Shown: positions 1 to 17,354, counted from the stretch's first letter. The stretch: DNA of 64,000 bases from the human T2T-CHM13v2.0 reference genome, Homo sapiens (GCF_009914755.1 NC_060944.1), one strand, 5' to 3'. Program-made: numbers and translations. Notes: generated by a model not told the origin, from the sequence alone.

Positions 1-584
1 GGGGATAGAGGGCTTCCTGTGTGAACCTGGGTAGTGCTTCTCCAATTTAGTTCTAAGCTTACTTATCTGCAATATGGAACTGCACTGGAGTTATTGATAG
101 AACCTACCAAGATAACAGGTGTGAAAGTGCTTTGTCCCAGTAAGGGGTAAAATAGACGTGGATCCTAACTAGGTTATTTATTTCAGTTACCTGTCACATG
201 GGGAGACTGTGTCAAACCTATTACGCAAAAGTTGCCCACGTGGTTAACTTTTAATGAACACATACATTGGGCTTCACATGTGTCATCTCATTGGATCATA
301 ATGACAACTACATACTAAGTAGTATCCATTCATTTATGGACTCTGCAAAGCCTTATTGGCACCTGCTTTTTCTGAGAACCATGTGTTTATCCTACACATA
401 CCTGTGTGTTCACTGCTGTACACAAATGTAACTCCCTTTACATAAGACCCTTGCTGTTGGCCTGCACGTGGGTGTAGATAGACAAGGCTCGGCTTTAGTG
501 ACTGAGTGTTGAGACTGTGGGGTTCACAGTGGCCCCCTCTGGAGACTTCTCCACACCATCTCCAGGTCCCTGCATCACCCATGA

Positions 585-722
<138 letters not shown>

Positions 723-1212
723 TAGAGCTTCTTGCACTAAAACAAAGCCCTGAGCTAAGTGGGTCCGAGTCCCTCAATTTGATAAGTAACTTCCATTCAT
801 CAATCTATTTGTCCATTGATCCATCTGTCCATGTTTCTTCTTTACATCTTTCCAAATGCATTGATGAGTCTCTGCTCTAGGCCAGGCCCTGCTTGTCCAC
901 ACTGAAGCTGAAATGGATTGGCCCCTGTTCTGAGAAATTGGAGAAGTTCCCTGTCCAGCCTTCTATGGCCACAGACAGTCTTTCAACCTATGCTTGGGTG
1001 TCTCCTATAACCAGGGCACTCCACTCCACTTAGAATCAGATGTGATGTCACAGGGTGAACACTGGGCTTGTTGTGTGATTTGGGGCCCTTCACAACATCC
1101 CTCATGCCTCCAGTTTCTCCTCAGGCATGTGTGACCATTGATCTGTGGGATTGCTTAGAATCACTTTCACACAGAAAAATGACAGGAAATTTCCCCAGAG
1201 AACCCCCACTAG

Positions 1213-1413
<201 letters not shown>

Positions 1414-1700
1414 TAGGATACTAGGTCCCTCTGGCCTCAACTCTCTCTATTTTGGGCTTCATTTTCCCCCGAATAATCCAGATAATTTTGAGATAGACAC
1501 CGTGTCTCCTGCCTCAGCCCTGACACTGAGGACAGCTGGGCTGGTTGGTAGAAGGAGGCCTGGCTTCCTCCAAGCATGCTGAACACAGTCGGATCTCCAG
1601 AGGCCTCCATTCCCTGGCCCCCCACCTTGAGGAATATGGACTCCTTCACGTTGAGATCATAACTGTCGTCTGTTTTTTTATTGCTTGTTTGTTTGTTTAG

Positions 1701-1741
1701 ACATGCTGATCCACGGACTACAGTTTGTCATCAAGGTCTAA
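1701..1741 (+). CDS. BPIFA1: BPIFA1 last coding segment, (N)MLIHGLQFVIKV*; the exon continues as UTR to 1775
   Basis: tttgtttAG acceptor, TAA at 1739-1741, donor CTG|GTAAGT after 1775. Confidence 0.96.
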
Positions 1742-1979
1742 GCCTTCCAGGAAGGGGCTGGCCTCTGCTGAGCTGGTAAGTGCCCTTCCCCACACCCCAG
1801 GGTTTTGGGGGCTGGCTGTTCTTCTCCTGGTAGAAGGCAGACGGGAGCTTGGGACAATGACATCCAAAGAAAGAGACAAACATCTACAGAGGTACACACA
1901 GGGATGCACAGAGAAATCCACAGAAAAGCTGACAGAGGTGGAAGGATGCAGGCAGCACAGCAACACAGCTACCAAGAGA

Positions 1980-2195
1980 AACACACACACAAATGCCCAG
2001 ACACATGGCCACTGATACAGATGCACACACTCTCACACCAGCACACTCACACACATGCACACATTGGTGGACTCACCACACACAGACACACACACTCTCA
2101 CCCAGCACCCTCACACATACGCACACATCAGTGGACTCACCACACATAAGTACACGTGGATACACAGACACACTCACTCAGACACATGCTCACAG
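1980..2195. repeat. CA-rich low-complexity tract in the last BPIFA1 intron
   Basis: Degenerate (CA)n; GTGGACTCACCACACA occurs twice. Confidence 0.8.
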
Positions 2196-2375
2196 AGCCC
2201 TGACTCCAGGCCTGATGGCTTGCCCAGGGTCTCAGCCTCCTCCTGTCCCTCTGGGGCATGAGTTTGATGATGAGTCAATATCAGTAACGCTCACTGACCT
2301 TGAGTCTCCATCCTGATTAGGGTCTTCCCCCAACAGAACTATTTCTTGCTGCTCAATCCATTCCCTCTGGCCCAG

Positions 2376-2522
2376 CTTCCCAGTGCTCACAGATGGCTGG
2401 CCCATGTGCTGGAAGATGACACAGTTGCCTTCTCTCCGAGGAACCTGCCCCCTCTCCTTTCCCACCAGGCGTGTGTAACATCCCATGTGCCTCACCTAAT
2501 AAAATGGCTCTTCTTATGCATC
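2376..2522 (+). other. BPIFA1: BPIFA1 terminal 3'UTR exon
   Basis: Acceptor ttccctctggcccAG (alternatives start at 2321 and 2337) and AATAAA at 2498-2503. The 3' end is approximate. Confidence 0.8.
2498..2503 (+). terminator. BPIFA1 polyadenylation signal AATAAA
   Basis: Canonical hexamer at the end of the terminal exon. Confidence 0.85.
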
Positions 2523-2789
2523 AGGGGCCTTGTCATCCTTCACCATTACTTGAGGGCTCCTGGGTTGGAAACAGCCCTGGCCTGGGTGGTTGGGCCCATA
2601 GCATAGAGTTTGGCACTTACTTTGTAGATCTGAATAGTCTTGAGCAGGTCAGGGAGATGTTCAAGTGTGTGTGGATTTCAGAAGGCTTTCCCAGGTGTCC
2701 TTAGAAAGGGGGAATAAGGCATTCAGGGTAGATATAATACTCCAGGTACAGTTAATGACATACAAGTTTGCCGCACCACGAATGAAAAT

Positions 2790-3845
<1,056 letters not shown>

Positions 3846-4362
3846 AATGGCAGATTTAAGAGATGTTCAGGAGGTAGATCTGGAAGGATGTGGACAAGGG
3901 CGTAGGTGAGGTGCGTGTCCAGTGTCAGGCTGAGGAGCCAAGGGTACCTGGGGATCTGGGAGGATGAACTGATTCCGACAGACAAAGTATGCCCTTAGCT
4001 GTGGCTACTCTGTGTGGAAATGCCTGGGACACCCGGAGGATCCATCCAGGAAGCTGATGGTACACAAGTCACCTACCGCCCATCTTTTGCTTCCTTGCAT
4101 GCAGTCATACTGACCTCTTGTCAATTCTCTAAGTAAGAGGAGGACAAAAAATGACCAAGGACGAAATGAAAAGGACAAACTGGTGCAAAGTGTTCACTGC
4201 TGGGGGTTTGAGAAAGATACAACTAGAGTTGTAAGTAAGCAGCAGCTTCTTGATATCCTGGGTTGGAGTCATATTGTTGGAGGAAGAAGCCTGAGTTTCA
4301 GGTACTGAGAAGAGGAGGGGAGGTAAGGAAGTTGAGTCTGTGTATGCAGATAAGATTTATGA

Positions 4363-4709
4363 GGCCAGGCTCAGTGGCTCATGCCTGTAATCCTAGCACT
4401 TTGGGAAGCCGAAGTGGGTGAGTGGCTTGAGCTCAGGAGTTTGAGATCAGCCTGGGCAACATAGGGAGATCTCATCTCTACAAAAAAAAAAAAAAAGATA
4501 TATATATAGAGAGAAAGAAAAATTAGCCAGGTATGGTGACATGTGACTGTAGTCCCAGCTACTTGAGAGGTTGCGGCAGGACGATCGCTTGAGCCCTGGA
4601 GGTCAAGGGTGAAATAAGCCATGTTCACGCCACTGCACTCCAGTCTGGGTGACAAAGCAAGACCCTGTCTCAAAAAAAAAGAAAAAAGAAAGAAAAAGAA
4701 AGAAAAGAA
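4363..4709 (+). mobile_element. Alu (AluJ-like) with TSD AAGATTTATGA
   Basis: TSD at 4352-4362 and 4710-4720. Confidence 0.95.
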
Positions 4710-5789
4710 AAGATTTATGAAATACTGGCTGTGAGAAGGAAAAAGAATGGGGCTACCCAGACTGAAGAACTCTGACCCCCCTCAAATAAAAAATACATAC
4801 ACTCTCATTGTTGAGGTCTTTAGGGACTAGTCCAACCCTTTCATTACACAGATGAGATACTGAGGCCTTGGGGTTGTGTGAATGACTTGCCCAAGGCCAC
4901 AGGGAGACAAAAGGGCCAATGAAAGACTGGAAACATCCCAGACTTTACAGAAAACCATGTCCCTTGCTCTTTGGAGACCTTGTTGAGCTCGTGAGAATGA
5001 GCAGATTCCAGTTCATGTTTCTCAAATCTCTGATTCTAAACTGGGGACCTACCCATTCCCCAACCCCTGTCAGACATCAATCATCAAGTCCAGACCTGCC
5101 ACTATCTCCACCTACTGTTGCCTCCAATCAACATGGCATCATAGAAGGACAGTTGCATAGCTCAGACTTCGAGATTTGTTGTGTGACACCATCATGTGTC
5201 TTCAGGGAGAATTTAAGAAAGAAAGCATATTCCACACCCACAAAAGTTCTCTGAGCTCAGATGAGTAATTAACTCCCAGCAAGCAGCTGAATGAGCCTTG
5301 GAAATGTCCACCTAGGCACTGACCGGAAATGCAGAAGGACCTTCCAGATAGGAAGCCAGCAACTGGGGCCTGCTCGTGCTAGAGAGGCTCCAAGAATAAG
5401 CTACCTTCAGGTCCTCTCAGGGCAGGCACTGGATCAGCACTGAGAGTTCCCTGTGTCTGAGGCCCCAAGAACTGAGATGGATGGAGCCCAGGGACACACA
5501 TCTAGAACCATCAGTGCTGGGCCTGCTGCCCTCTGGCCATTGTACTGAACCGTGTTCCTGCCTCACACCCATCCCCTGGCCATCTCTGGATATGATTTTC
5601 CCCCTGCTCCCCTGGACTTCTTCCTATAGCCCACAGAAGGGTCCTCCCCTCTCTGACAAGTTCAATTTCTAATTAGCTAATCTAGAATTCCCCTGGATAC
5701 AAGACATCCTGCCAGGTGGCCAGGCTAGTCAAAAACATTTATGCTATTTAAAGAGTGGAAACACATTTTTAAAACTCTCTGGGATTATG

Positions 5790-6453
5790 TCAGTGAAAGT
5801 GGCAAAGGAAAGGTCTCTGAAAATTTTTTCCTACGTAAAAGCAATGAGAAAACTGACAGAAATGGTCTTAACTAACATTTTCAGAGCTCTGGAAATTAAC
5901 CAAAGCTTGTAGCAATCTGGGGAGAGTTTATTCAATACAAATTATGGAGTCTCAGCAAGAACAGAGAGCTTTGTGGCATTTTAACCTCTCCCATCTCCCC
6001 ATACTCCCGCTCCACAGCCAACTCGAAAACGAAAAGCCCACAATCTTTGTGAGAACCAGCAGCCCAGTAGACACTGGAGAGGTGAGGAGGGAGTTAGAGC
6101 AACTCATTCGCAGAGAATTGTCATTGTTTGACCGGCCCATTGGTTTCCCAGGAAGACCCATTCTCATGATTGTCATTACTTGACCTGACGCAGAGCTCCC
6201 CTGGTCTGAACAACCTTTTCCCCAAATACATTTGTCAAAAAATAACCAGAGGCAACTATTTAACACCACAGCTGCCTGAGGGGATGTAATATTTGGGGCA
6301 AACAAAAAACTAACCAAAAAGCTGACAAGGAAAAGCTGGGGAATAAGATATCTATATGAGCTTTGAAAATCTCCAACATACTCCTAGGGCTCTAGGAGGG
6401 CATGTGCTTACAGGGAGCTGTGTTTATGTAAGGAGTAAAGATTAAGGCAGAAT
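5790..6453 (+). mobile_element. 5' region of an old L1 (L1M class); it resumes after ~11800
   Basis: Resembles the L1M 5' region and is collinear with the L1 ORF1 downstream. Confidence 0.55.
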
Positions 6454-6867
6454 TGTGTTAAATAAAAATTAGAAAAGGCCACTGTTTTGAACTGAGCTCC
6501 TGCCCTAGGCCCAACAGACCAGACCAAACCAGAATGGAGCCACTCAGGCATGGGATCATGTAATCAAACTAAACTTTAGTAACAGGCCAGTTTTCCAACC
6601 AACCAGAGGGGGCCAAGTCTACCTGAGCCAGAGGGTAAGAAAGTTCCCTCTTCCTTAACCCTATAAGGAAAGTAACTTTGAGATGATCAATCTATTTTTT
6701 GTCCCCTGTTTCTTCTTCTTTTATACCTATAAAACCCACCTCTGCTCAGCCCACAGGAGCTCACAGGAGCCTTTCTAAATCTTTAGATGGGATGCTGCCC
6801 AACTTGCTAATCTCTAAGAAAAGCCCATTAGAACATATCCCTATGTTTAAGGTAAGCTTTGTGAACA
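6454..6867 (+). mobile_element. Solo LTR, ERV1 class (MER31-like; subfamily uncertain)
   Basis: TG...CA ends, internal TATAAAA, and the 'aggcccaacagaccagaccaaaccagaatggag' LTR motif. Confidence 0.6.
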
Positions 6868-6869
6868 GG

Positions 6870-9800
6870 GTATTCAGTACCTGTGGATCTCAACCCGCAC
6901 TGAGGGTCACTCTCCTACTGGGGCCCCCATCAGATTGGCAATATGTCACATGTGGACTATTCATGCCTGGAGGGAAAGCTCCAAATACACGGGTGACAGG
7001 TCCACAATGTTTCAAATCCCCACCTACGGCTGCCACTGCTAATCTTCACCAGTGTGTTGTCAATCTAGGCACTACTAGGTACTCTAATGAAACAAAAAGG
7101 GGAAAGATTTGTTTCCCCATCCTCTACCCTCTTCTCATACTTTGTGGCTGGAGGTGTGTCTGTCTATTAATCGGGGTGCTGGCTGGCTGTCCAGGTATTA
7201 CAACCCAGGCTGTGTGTCCCCATCCTGAGACTACCTCTGTGGACACCCATTGCCCTTCCTGCTTGACCCAGAACTTTCAGCCTCAATTGTCCAGTCCAGG
7301 AAGGGAGATCATGTACTGCACAAATTTAACAGGTCTGATAATGTTGCCCACCTGAGTAGAAGGATCAGATGTCCCTGGAGCCACTAATGGGACCCTAACA
7401 TCCTGGAACTCTTTGGTCTCATCCACTACCCCTGTGGAGTCCCATAAAAGAGAGGTGCCCAGGGGAAGCATCACCACCAGATTAGAGTTAGGGGGCCCCA
7501 TCTGGGGTATTATGACAGCCTGAACCACAAACTACCCCAGAGACGTGCACTCCTTAGGGAAAAAGAAAAAAAGAATGGTTGAGAACACGGAGATTGGAAT
7601 TTCACAGGCACAGCCTAATCAAGCACTGTCCAGTCCATGTCCACCTCAAGCCCCACCAAGTTCAGTGTTTCCCAGCATGTGCTGCAGTATTTACTGTGCA
7701 TCCTGCCCTAATCAGGCAAGGGTACCAGCCCATTAGCAGACCACCTTAATGTCCTTTCTTCAGTTGCTACTTGAGTTAACCGCTCCATCATTCATTGGCT
7801 CCATTGGCCCGCAGGTGATATGAGTGCAAACTCACATTCCATGAGTTTGAGCTCATTGTTGTGTTGCTTGGGCAGTAAAATATATTCTTTGGTCAGAGTA
7901 AAGTCCCACAGGTATCCAAAAACATGACATAGTTCTTTTTAAGAGCATCTATGGTAGTTTCAGAGTTCACATGGTGGTCTAGAATGGTAATACCACAGCC
8001 TGAGTAGGTGTCAATGGCAATGAGGACATGAGTGCCCATGGCAGGAGGCCAGAGGCCTGTTGTGGTCAATCTGCCACACCAGGGCAGTTTCTAGCCCTCA
8101 GTTAATGTATCCCAATTCCTCTCTTTGAACAATTTGTGCCCCTTAGCAAGAATCACAAGGTTGTACTGTGTCCCTAGTCTCGGCATCTTCCAGGATGCTC
8201 GTTCTTGCATCTGAGGCGGATGTCTTAGTCCATTTTGTGTTGCTATAAGGAAATACCTGAGGCTGGGTACTTTCTAAAGAAAAGAGGTTTATCTGGCTCA
8301 CAGTTCTGCAGGCTGTACAAGAAGCACGCTGCCAGCATCTGCTCAGCTTCTGGAGAGGTCTTTTGTGTGGTGACACAACTTGGCAGAGAAGGCCATAGAG
8401 GAAGCAGGCACATGCTGAGAAGGGCCAAACTCAAGGGGTGTCCTGACTTTATAACAACCCTCTCCCGTGGGTGCTAATACATCCTCCCAGAACCAATCCA
8501 GTCTTGTGAGAGCAAGAACTCCATCACTACCAGGAGAATGACACTAAGTCATCAGTGAGAGATCCACCCCCATGACCCAAACACCTCCCACTGGGCCCCA
8601 CCTCCCAACACCATCACTTCTGGCGATCAAACAAATGATATCCAAACCATAGCGGTGGACTTTCAGTTGTCGATTGTTGCTGGCTGTGGGGCACAAGCTT
8701 AACTGGCACAAGACTTCTGTCCACATTCCATTTTAAAAGGTCCTTTGCTATGATCATCCACAGGAGTGAAAAACATTTGTCTCCTTCCAGGCAGCAAGCT
8801 GCTGTCATAGTTTTTGTTCCCACACAGGGGATTCTGTGATGGTTCAGTCACTCAGTTACCATTCTCCTGACCAGATGGCTAGGCTGTTGGCAATGGCCCT
8901 TGAGTCAGTGAAAATGTAACAAGATATGGTGGTAGAATGGCCCCCACAGCTGTCATCACTGCACATAATTCAGCTCATTAGGCAGAATGTCCAATTCCAA
9001 TCCCAGCCAAAAGATGGCCATCTGCTGGCTGAGGGGCAGCTGCAGCCCAGTGGACCCCATTTGCCTTTAGTTTTGCAGAGCCATCAGTAAACCAGGTCAT
9101 ATAGTCAGTAGACACATCTTTGAATCTTGGGTCCCAGGTAGCCACAGGAGGGTTCAGAGCATCTCCCTGTGGGTTGCTTGGTGCTTCTGGGAAGCTGGCT
9201 ATTTGTTCATGGAGTCTACTTGTCCTAGTTGACTTGGATGTACCATTTCCATTTAATGATTGAGCTCTGTTGAGCTTGTCCGGTTTTATTGGTGGGATTT
9301 GTAAGCACCCCAGTACAGGTTACAGCATCACAGGTGGCACTCCTGCCATAAAATGCTCAGTCTCCTCTAGTGCCCAATAGCAAGCAAGGAGTTGCCCTTC
9401 AAAGGGGGTGTATCTGGTGGCCACCACAGGCAAGTCATGTGTCCAATAGCCAAGAGGCTGGTGCACGCCAGTGGCAGTTTCCTGTTGCCACAGATTCCAA
9501 TCAGCATGCTTGGCGGTCATGGACGCACGGAGTCCCATTGAGCTAGCAGGTTCCAAAGGTCCCAAAGGCAGTACCTGAGCCATGACTTGTTGAACTACTT
9601 CCAAGTCCTGCTGCTGCAAGGGGCCCCATTCAAAACTGGTGGTTTTGTGGGTCACCTTGACGAGGAAGGCCAAAAGAGCACCCAGACAGGGCATATGCTG
9701 TCTCCTGTATACAAATAGGCCTATCAGCTAATGGGCCTCCTGTTTATTAGTGGATGTCACTAGGGCCAACAATTGTACTGGGGATACTTTTTTGGTTTCC

Positions 9801-11800
9801 TATACAAATGACCCCTGGGACATGCACTTATTGTGCTGAGTCCTGGACTTTATCTGGATTTATAGTCCAGCCAACACCAGTTATTGTATCAATGGCCTGT
9901 TTTTCAGTAGGCCCTACTATCAGGATGTCATTTATGCAATGGATGACTAAATCTTCTATGAGGACTTGGGCTTGTTGAGGGTCAAGCCCCACCCACTGGT
10001 GGCATATGGCAGGGGAATTGAGGTATCCCTGAGGAAGAATAGTGAAAGTATTATGCAGGCAGTTCCTTGTGAATGCAAATTGGTCACAAGGGGATTGAGT
10101 AAAAGCACTAACCAAGTTAATAACAGCACGCTAATCTCCAGTAAGGGTTCCCACTGCCTCAGTGACAGTGATGACATCTGACACCTCATGGGCCCAGGGC
10201 AAACCCCAACATTCAGCCTGCATTCCATCTACCATCAGCCACCATACCCTGGAGGCTTTTCAATCAGCCAGACTGAGCTGTTACATTGACAGGGTAGTTT
10301 GTAACATTCCTACAGAAGCGCATCCCAAATTCACAGAGTAATATCCTCTTCTCCACTTGGTATGCAGTACTGTATTTGTGGAATAACCTACTGAGGCTTG
10401 GAGAATTTAAGTGGCAGGTAGAGTGGACACACCTCACTGTTATGGCTCAAATTCTCAGCTGTGATGGGGAATATCCCCTCAGGCAGTGGTGATGTTCTGT
10501 GCTACAAGCAGCCAAAATATCAATGCCCGTAATGCACTCGACACAAGGAACCATGGTCACCAGCACTCAAAATGGCTCAAAGAGCCTCACTCGCAAGCAC
10601 ATAAGTACCACAAGCAGGTAAGCACCATGGATCACCATGTTAACCCCCAAACCATCCAATGACATCAGTTTAATTTTTCCCCTAAGGAAATCCAGAAATA
10701 TTGTCATATGGGAACGAGTATCCACGAGCCCCAGAAAAGTCTGAATCTCTTTCTTTTCCCATTTATCTTGACAGGGGTATAAGATCATTGGTCTCCAGTG
10801 GGAAGCCAGGAGCCTTGGCCCCATTCCTAACTGTGCCATTCAACCTGAGACATTTGAGTCTGCAATATCCCTTTATCAAACAAACACACCATCCGGGCTG
10901 TATTAGACTTTCTGGCTTTTGTCCACATTTTCCCTTTTATTGTCAGATATCCTCTTCAGAGAATGACCTCATTTCAATAGTCTAGTTTTCAGCAATGCCT
11001 TCTGTTGTTCAGCACTTTTTGGAAACAGGCCTTACTTGAGGCCTGCAAGCAACCTGGACCAGGCAGGATTCCCTGCACAGGGCCCCCCATTCCCCCCAGA
11101 CATCATCTGTGGTCCCTGGGACACCATGGGAGTTGACATTATGTTCCATTTATCCCTGGGCAGCGAGCACCTCAGTCAGTCTATGACCCCTCAGAGGAGC
11201 TGGTACCACCTTGGGCAATGGGGCTGACAAGCCCTTGCCTTTCCACCATGTGATGGTCTATTTCCTTGGCAACCCTGCACACTATGTCAAACTGTTAAGC
11301 TGAACGTCCTGCACCAGTGACCAGTCCCAGGGGAGAGGAACACCATGCACAGGTTACCAACCCTAGGAGAGGGCTCCAAACACTTCTGCCCATTTTATCT
11401 TGGTATGGGAGTCACCAAGGAAAATATAACACTTTACTTATGTAGAGAAGAGACAAAGCAAAATCAGCTTCAATCGTATGCATTTGTCCCCCATGCCAGC
11501 AGATCCCCCCAATAGCCAGTGCAAGGCAATTGGCTATGGACACCCCTCTCATGCCACGGATGGACTCTGACCCCTCTCCTGTGGAGTTAGAAATACCAAA
11601 AGCTGGGGGCATATCTGAGGGCCATTGACATATACACTTAAGCAGAACAAAGGGGCACACATTGAATCTAAAACAGGGAAATATATTCCCATGCAGGGCC
11701 TGGAACAGGCCACGTGAGCCCTTTATCTCTTGGTAAGGAAGTGTTCCAAGCCCAAGACCTGTTCTTATATGACTGAGTGGGAGTCGAAAGGCTGCATGCA
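6870..11800 (-). mobile_element. Degenerate class III (ERV-L-like) endogenous retrovirus internal sequence: gag/PR-RT-RNaseH-IN
   Basis: Minus-strand motifs: protease FLGLVDT (10567-10839), RT LPQGYLNSPAICH...IHCINDILIVGP (9828-10115), YTPFEGQLLACYWAL (9320-9694), RNaseH WFTDGSA (~9090), integrase VWQIDH and LIAIDTYSG (~8000-8080). Confidence 0.85.
8221..8654 (-). mobile_element. MaLR solo LTR (MST family) inserted in the ERV-L integrase region
   Basis: MST-type termini and a 5-bp TSD GCGGA (8216-8220) / GTGGA (8655-8659). Confidence 0.88.
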
Positions 11801-12330
11801 TGAGACTGGTTTTCCCAACACAATCATTAGCTGACCAGTAAGCTAACTAAGCAGACACGGCAGTAGCCACACATGACAAAGAATACAGACTTTACAGAAT
11901 TTGTTCAGAAAAATCAGTAAACAAACAACTACAAGAACAAGTAACAACCAAAAACTCTGGAGTGGAGGGAGAATCCAATTTCTGAAACTGCCATGTTATA
12001 TTATTTAAAATACCAGTGTTCAACAACAATAAAAAAATGAGATACGCAAAGAAAGAAGTATGACTTCCCAAGTATGACAGCCATAGAAGCTATCTCTGAA
12101 GAATCTCAGACGTTGAACTTACTAGAAAAAGACTTTAAATCAGCAAATTTAAAATGTGTTCAAAGAACATATGTCTAAGAAACCATGGCTTAGAACTAAA
12201 GGAAAATATCAGAATGATGTCTCACAAATAAAGAATATCAGTAAAATTACAGAAATTGTTTTAAAGAACCAAATAAAAAACTGAAGTTTAGAAGCATAAT
12301 AACAAATAAAAAATTCACTAGAGAGGCTAA

Positions 12331-12671
<341 letters not shown>

Positions 12672-12682
12672 CAGAAAACTTG

Positions 12683-13730
<1,048 letters not shown>

Positions 13731-13927
13731 CAGAAAACTTGAAGGTTAATCAATTGGGGTTATCTAGTCTGAGGAACAGAAATTAAAAAATAGAATGAAG
13801 AAAATAAAAACAGAGTGTCAAAAGGCTGTGGCCACCATAAGCATGCTAACATACATATCATAGGAATTCCAGAACAAGAGGAGATAGAGATGGGGATGGA
13901 GGGAGAACATTTGAAAAAAAATTACTG

Positions 13928-14228
13928 GGCCAGGTATGGCGGTTCACACCTGTAATCCCAGAACTTTGGGAGGCCGTGTGGGTGGATCATGTGAGGTCAG
14001 GCATTCAAGACCAGCCTGGCCAACATGGTGAAACCTTGCCTCTACTAAAAAAATAGCCAGGCATGGTGGTGCATACCTGTAGTCCCAGCTACTAGGGAGG
14101 TTGAGGCATGAGAATAACTTGGACCCAGGAGGCAGAGGATGCAGTGAGCCAAGATCACATCACTGTATTCCAGCCTGAGTGACAGAGCGAGACTCTGTCT
14201 CCAAACAAAAAGAAAGAAATAAAGAAAG
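13928..14228 (+). mobile_element. Alu
   Basis: Alu dimer inside L1 ORF1. Confidence 0.93.
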
Positions 14229-16692
14229 AGTAGCTGAAATTTCCGCAAATTTTATGAAAAACATTAATCTACACATCCAAGAAGTTCAACAAAATCCAAG
14301 TAGGATAAATTCAAAGAGATCTACATTTAGACATATAGTAATCAAATTGTCAAGAGACAAAGACAGAAAGAATCTTAAAAGCAGCAAGAGAGAAGTGACT
14401 CACCAAGTACATTAAACCCTCAATAAGATTAACAGTTGATTTCTTATCAGAAACAACGGTGTTAAGAAGGCAGTTGAATAACATTCAAAGTTCTGAAAGA
14501 AAAAAAAAGACTGCCAACAAAGAATTCTCCATCCAGAAAAACTAATATTCAAAAATGAAGGAAAAATTAAGAGATTCCTACATCAACAAAAACTGAGAGA
14601 ATCTGACACTAGTAAACATGGCTTAAAGGAAGTCCTTCAGGCTGAAATGAAAGTGTACTAGTCAACAATTTAAATCTAAAGGAGGAAGTAAAGAACATCA
14701 GTACCAATAACTACATAGTTAAATATAAAAGACAATATAAATGTATTTTTTGTTTGTAACTCTTTTTGTTCACCTGACTAAAAGACAACTATATAAAGCA
14801 ATACTTAGATGTGTCAATGAGCATACAAATGTATAAATATGTAATTTGTATGGCAATACCAGCATAAAGAAAAGGGGTGACAGAGGTATACAGGAACAAA
14901 ATTCCTATATACTATTGAAATTAAATTCACATTAATTGAAATAGACTGTTCTACGTTAATTATAATTCCTAGGGCAACTATTGAGAAAATAACTAAAAAT
15001 ATATAGTGAAAGAAATGACAAGAGAATTAAATGGGACACTAGAAAATATCTATTTAGATAACAAGAAGTAATAATTGAGGCATAGAGCTACATATAAGAC
15101 ATAAAACATATAAAAAACAAATAGCAAAATGCTATGAGTAAATCCTATTCTTTTCTATCAGTAATTTAATTAAATGTAAATGGATTAAACTTGCCAATTG
15201 AAACCAGAGATTGGCAGAATGGATTTTAAAAACATAATCCAGTTATATTCTTTCTACAAGAGACACATTTTAGTGTCAAAGATAAAAACAGATTGAAAGT
15301 AAAAGAATGAAAAAAAAGGTATGCCATGCAGTGACCAAAGAAGGCTGGAGCGGCTATACTAACATCAGATAAAATAGACTTTATGACAAACACGGTTACG
15401 TGATACAAAGAACATTTATAACGATAAAGGGGTCAATCCCTCAAGAAGATATAACAAGTATAAACATGTATGCAACTAACAAGAGAGCCCCAAAATACAT
15501 GAAACCAAAATTGTCAAAATTGAAGGAAAAAATTAAAAATTCAACAAAAATAGCAAGAAACTTAAACACACAATTTTCAACAATAGAACAACTAGACAGA
15601 GGGTCAACAGGAAATGGAAGATTTGAACAGGTCTACAAAACCACCTAGAGCTAACAGACATCTATAGAACATTTTTTCCAACAATAGCAGAATGTACATT
15701 CTTGCCAAGCACACATGGAGCGTTCTCCTATCAGAATAGAACATATGTTAGGTCATAAAACAGTTTCAATACCTCTAAAAAGATGGCAATCATACAAAGT
15801 GTGTTATCTGACCACAATGGAATGAAATTAGAAATTAATAACAGAAGGAAATTTGGTAAATTTACAAATATATGGAGATTAAAAACACTGTTGGCTGAGC
15901 CAGCTTTAAAGATGGGCTGGATACAATATGTGACTATCAGTTTCAGACTTCTGTAATAGAAAGCATCCTAGCTGGATTGCTAAGCATGAGATGAAGTTCT
16001 TGGTCAGGTGCAGTGGCTCATGCCTATAATTCCAACACTTTGGGAGGCCAAGGCAGAGGTTACCTGCAAAGGAAGCAAAACCAGGTTGGCCCCAGGTTTT
16101 TTTCCTACAGGATATTAGAAGACAAGAGTTCTCAATGGAGATGGGAAGAAGGCTGAGAGTAAAGGATTCAGATCAGTAGTGTTTTCATATTGCTTATGAA
16201 AGTAATAAACAAGAATAAGCTATCAAGTTAAGTGTTCAAGGAATCAAAAATGATCCTACACATCTGTCCATTTTTAAAAAGCAAGCAACTGGGAAATGAG
16301 TCTAACTTAACTTGTGATAGGAAGAGACACAGAATAAAAATGATCAATGATGGTTTTGGGAACCAGTTAAAACCTAACATATTTTAAAACTCCCTAAATT
16401 TGGGACACTACTACATGCCTAATTGGATGACCCAAAAAAAGAAAAAGAAACCTGACAATTCTGAGTGATGGTGAAAACACAGAGCCAGTGAAACTCTCAT
16501 ACATTCCTGGTGGGAATGAAAAACAGTATGGCCCCTCTGGAAGACGGTATGGTAGTTTCTTAAAATGTTAAGCCGATAAGAGGCAGACACACCAATATCT
16601 CCCCTTGGAGGCCATGGAAAATGAGTCATGGACTCAGGTCATGTGGCAGCAGCTCCACTATCACCTCGCCCAGCTTCCCGAGGGTCAGCCTA

Positions 16693-17212
<520 letters not shown>

Positions 17213-17354
17213 AGAAAATTTATAAATAAAATATGTTTTGTCCATTACTGCTAATGATCATTCTTCTTTTCCTTTCTCACTGTTTTTGTAACTATATAAA
17301 ATTAAAATGTAGTAAAATGTGCACATGTTAAATGCATGGCTTTATAGAGTTTTA

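Noticed and set aside
6699-7355. 218-aa ORF
   Set aside because: It runs from an LTR into antisense ERV sequence, has a non-ATG start, and shows no recognisable domain.
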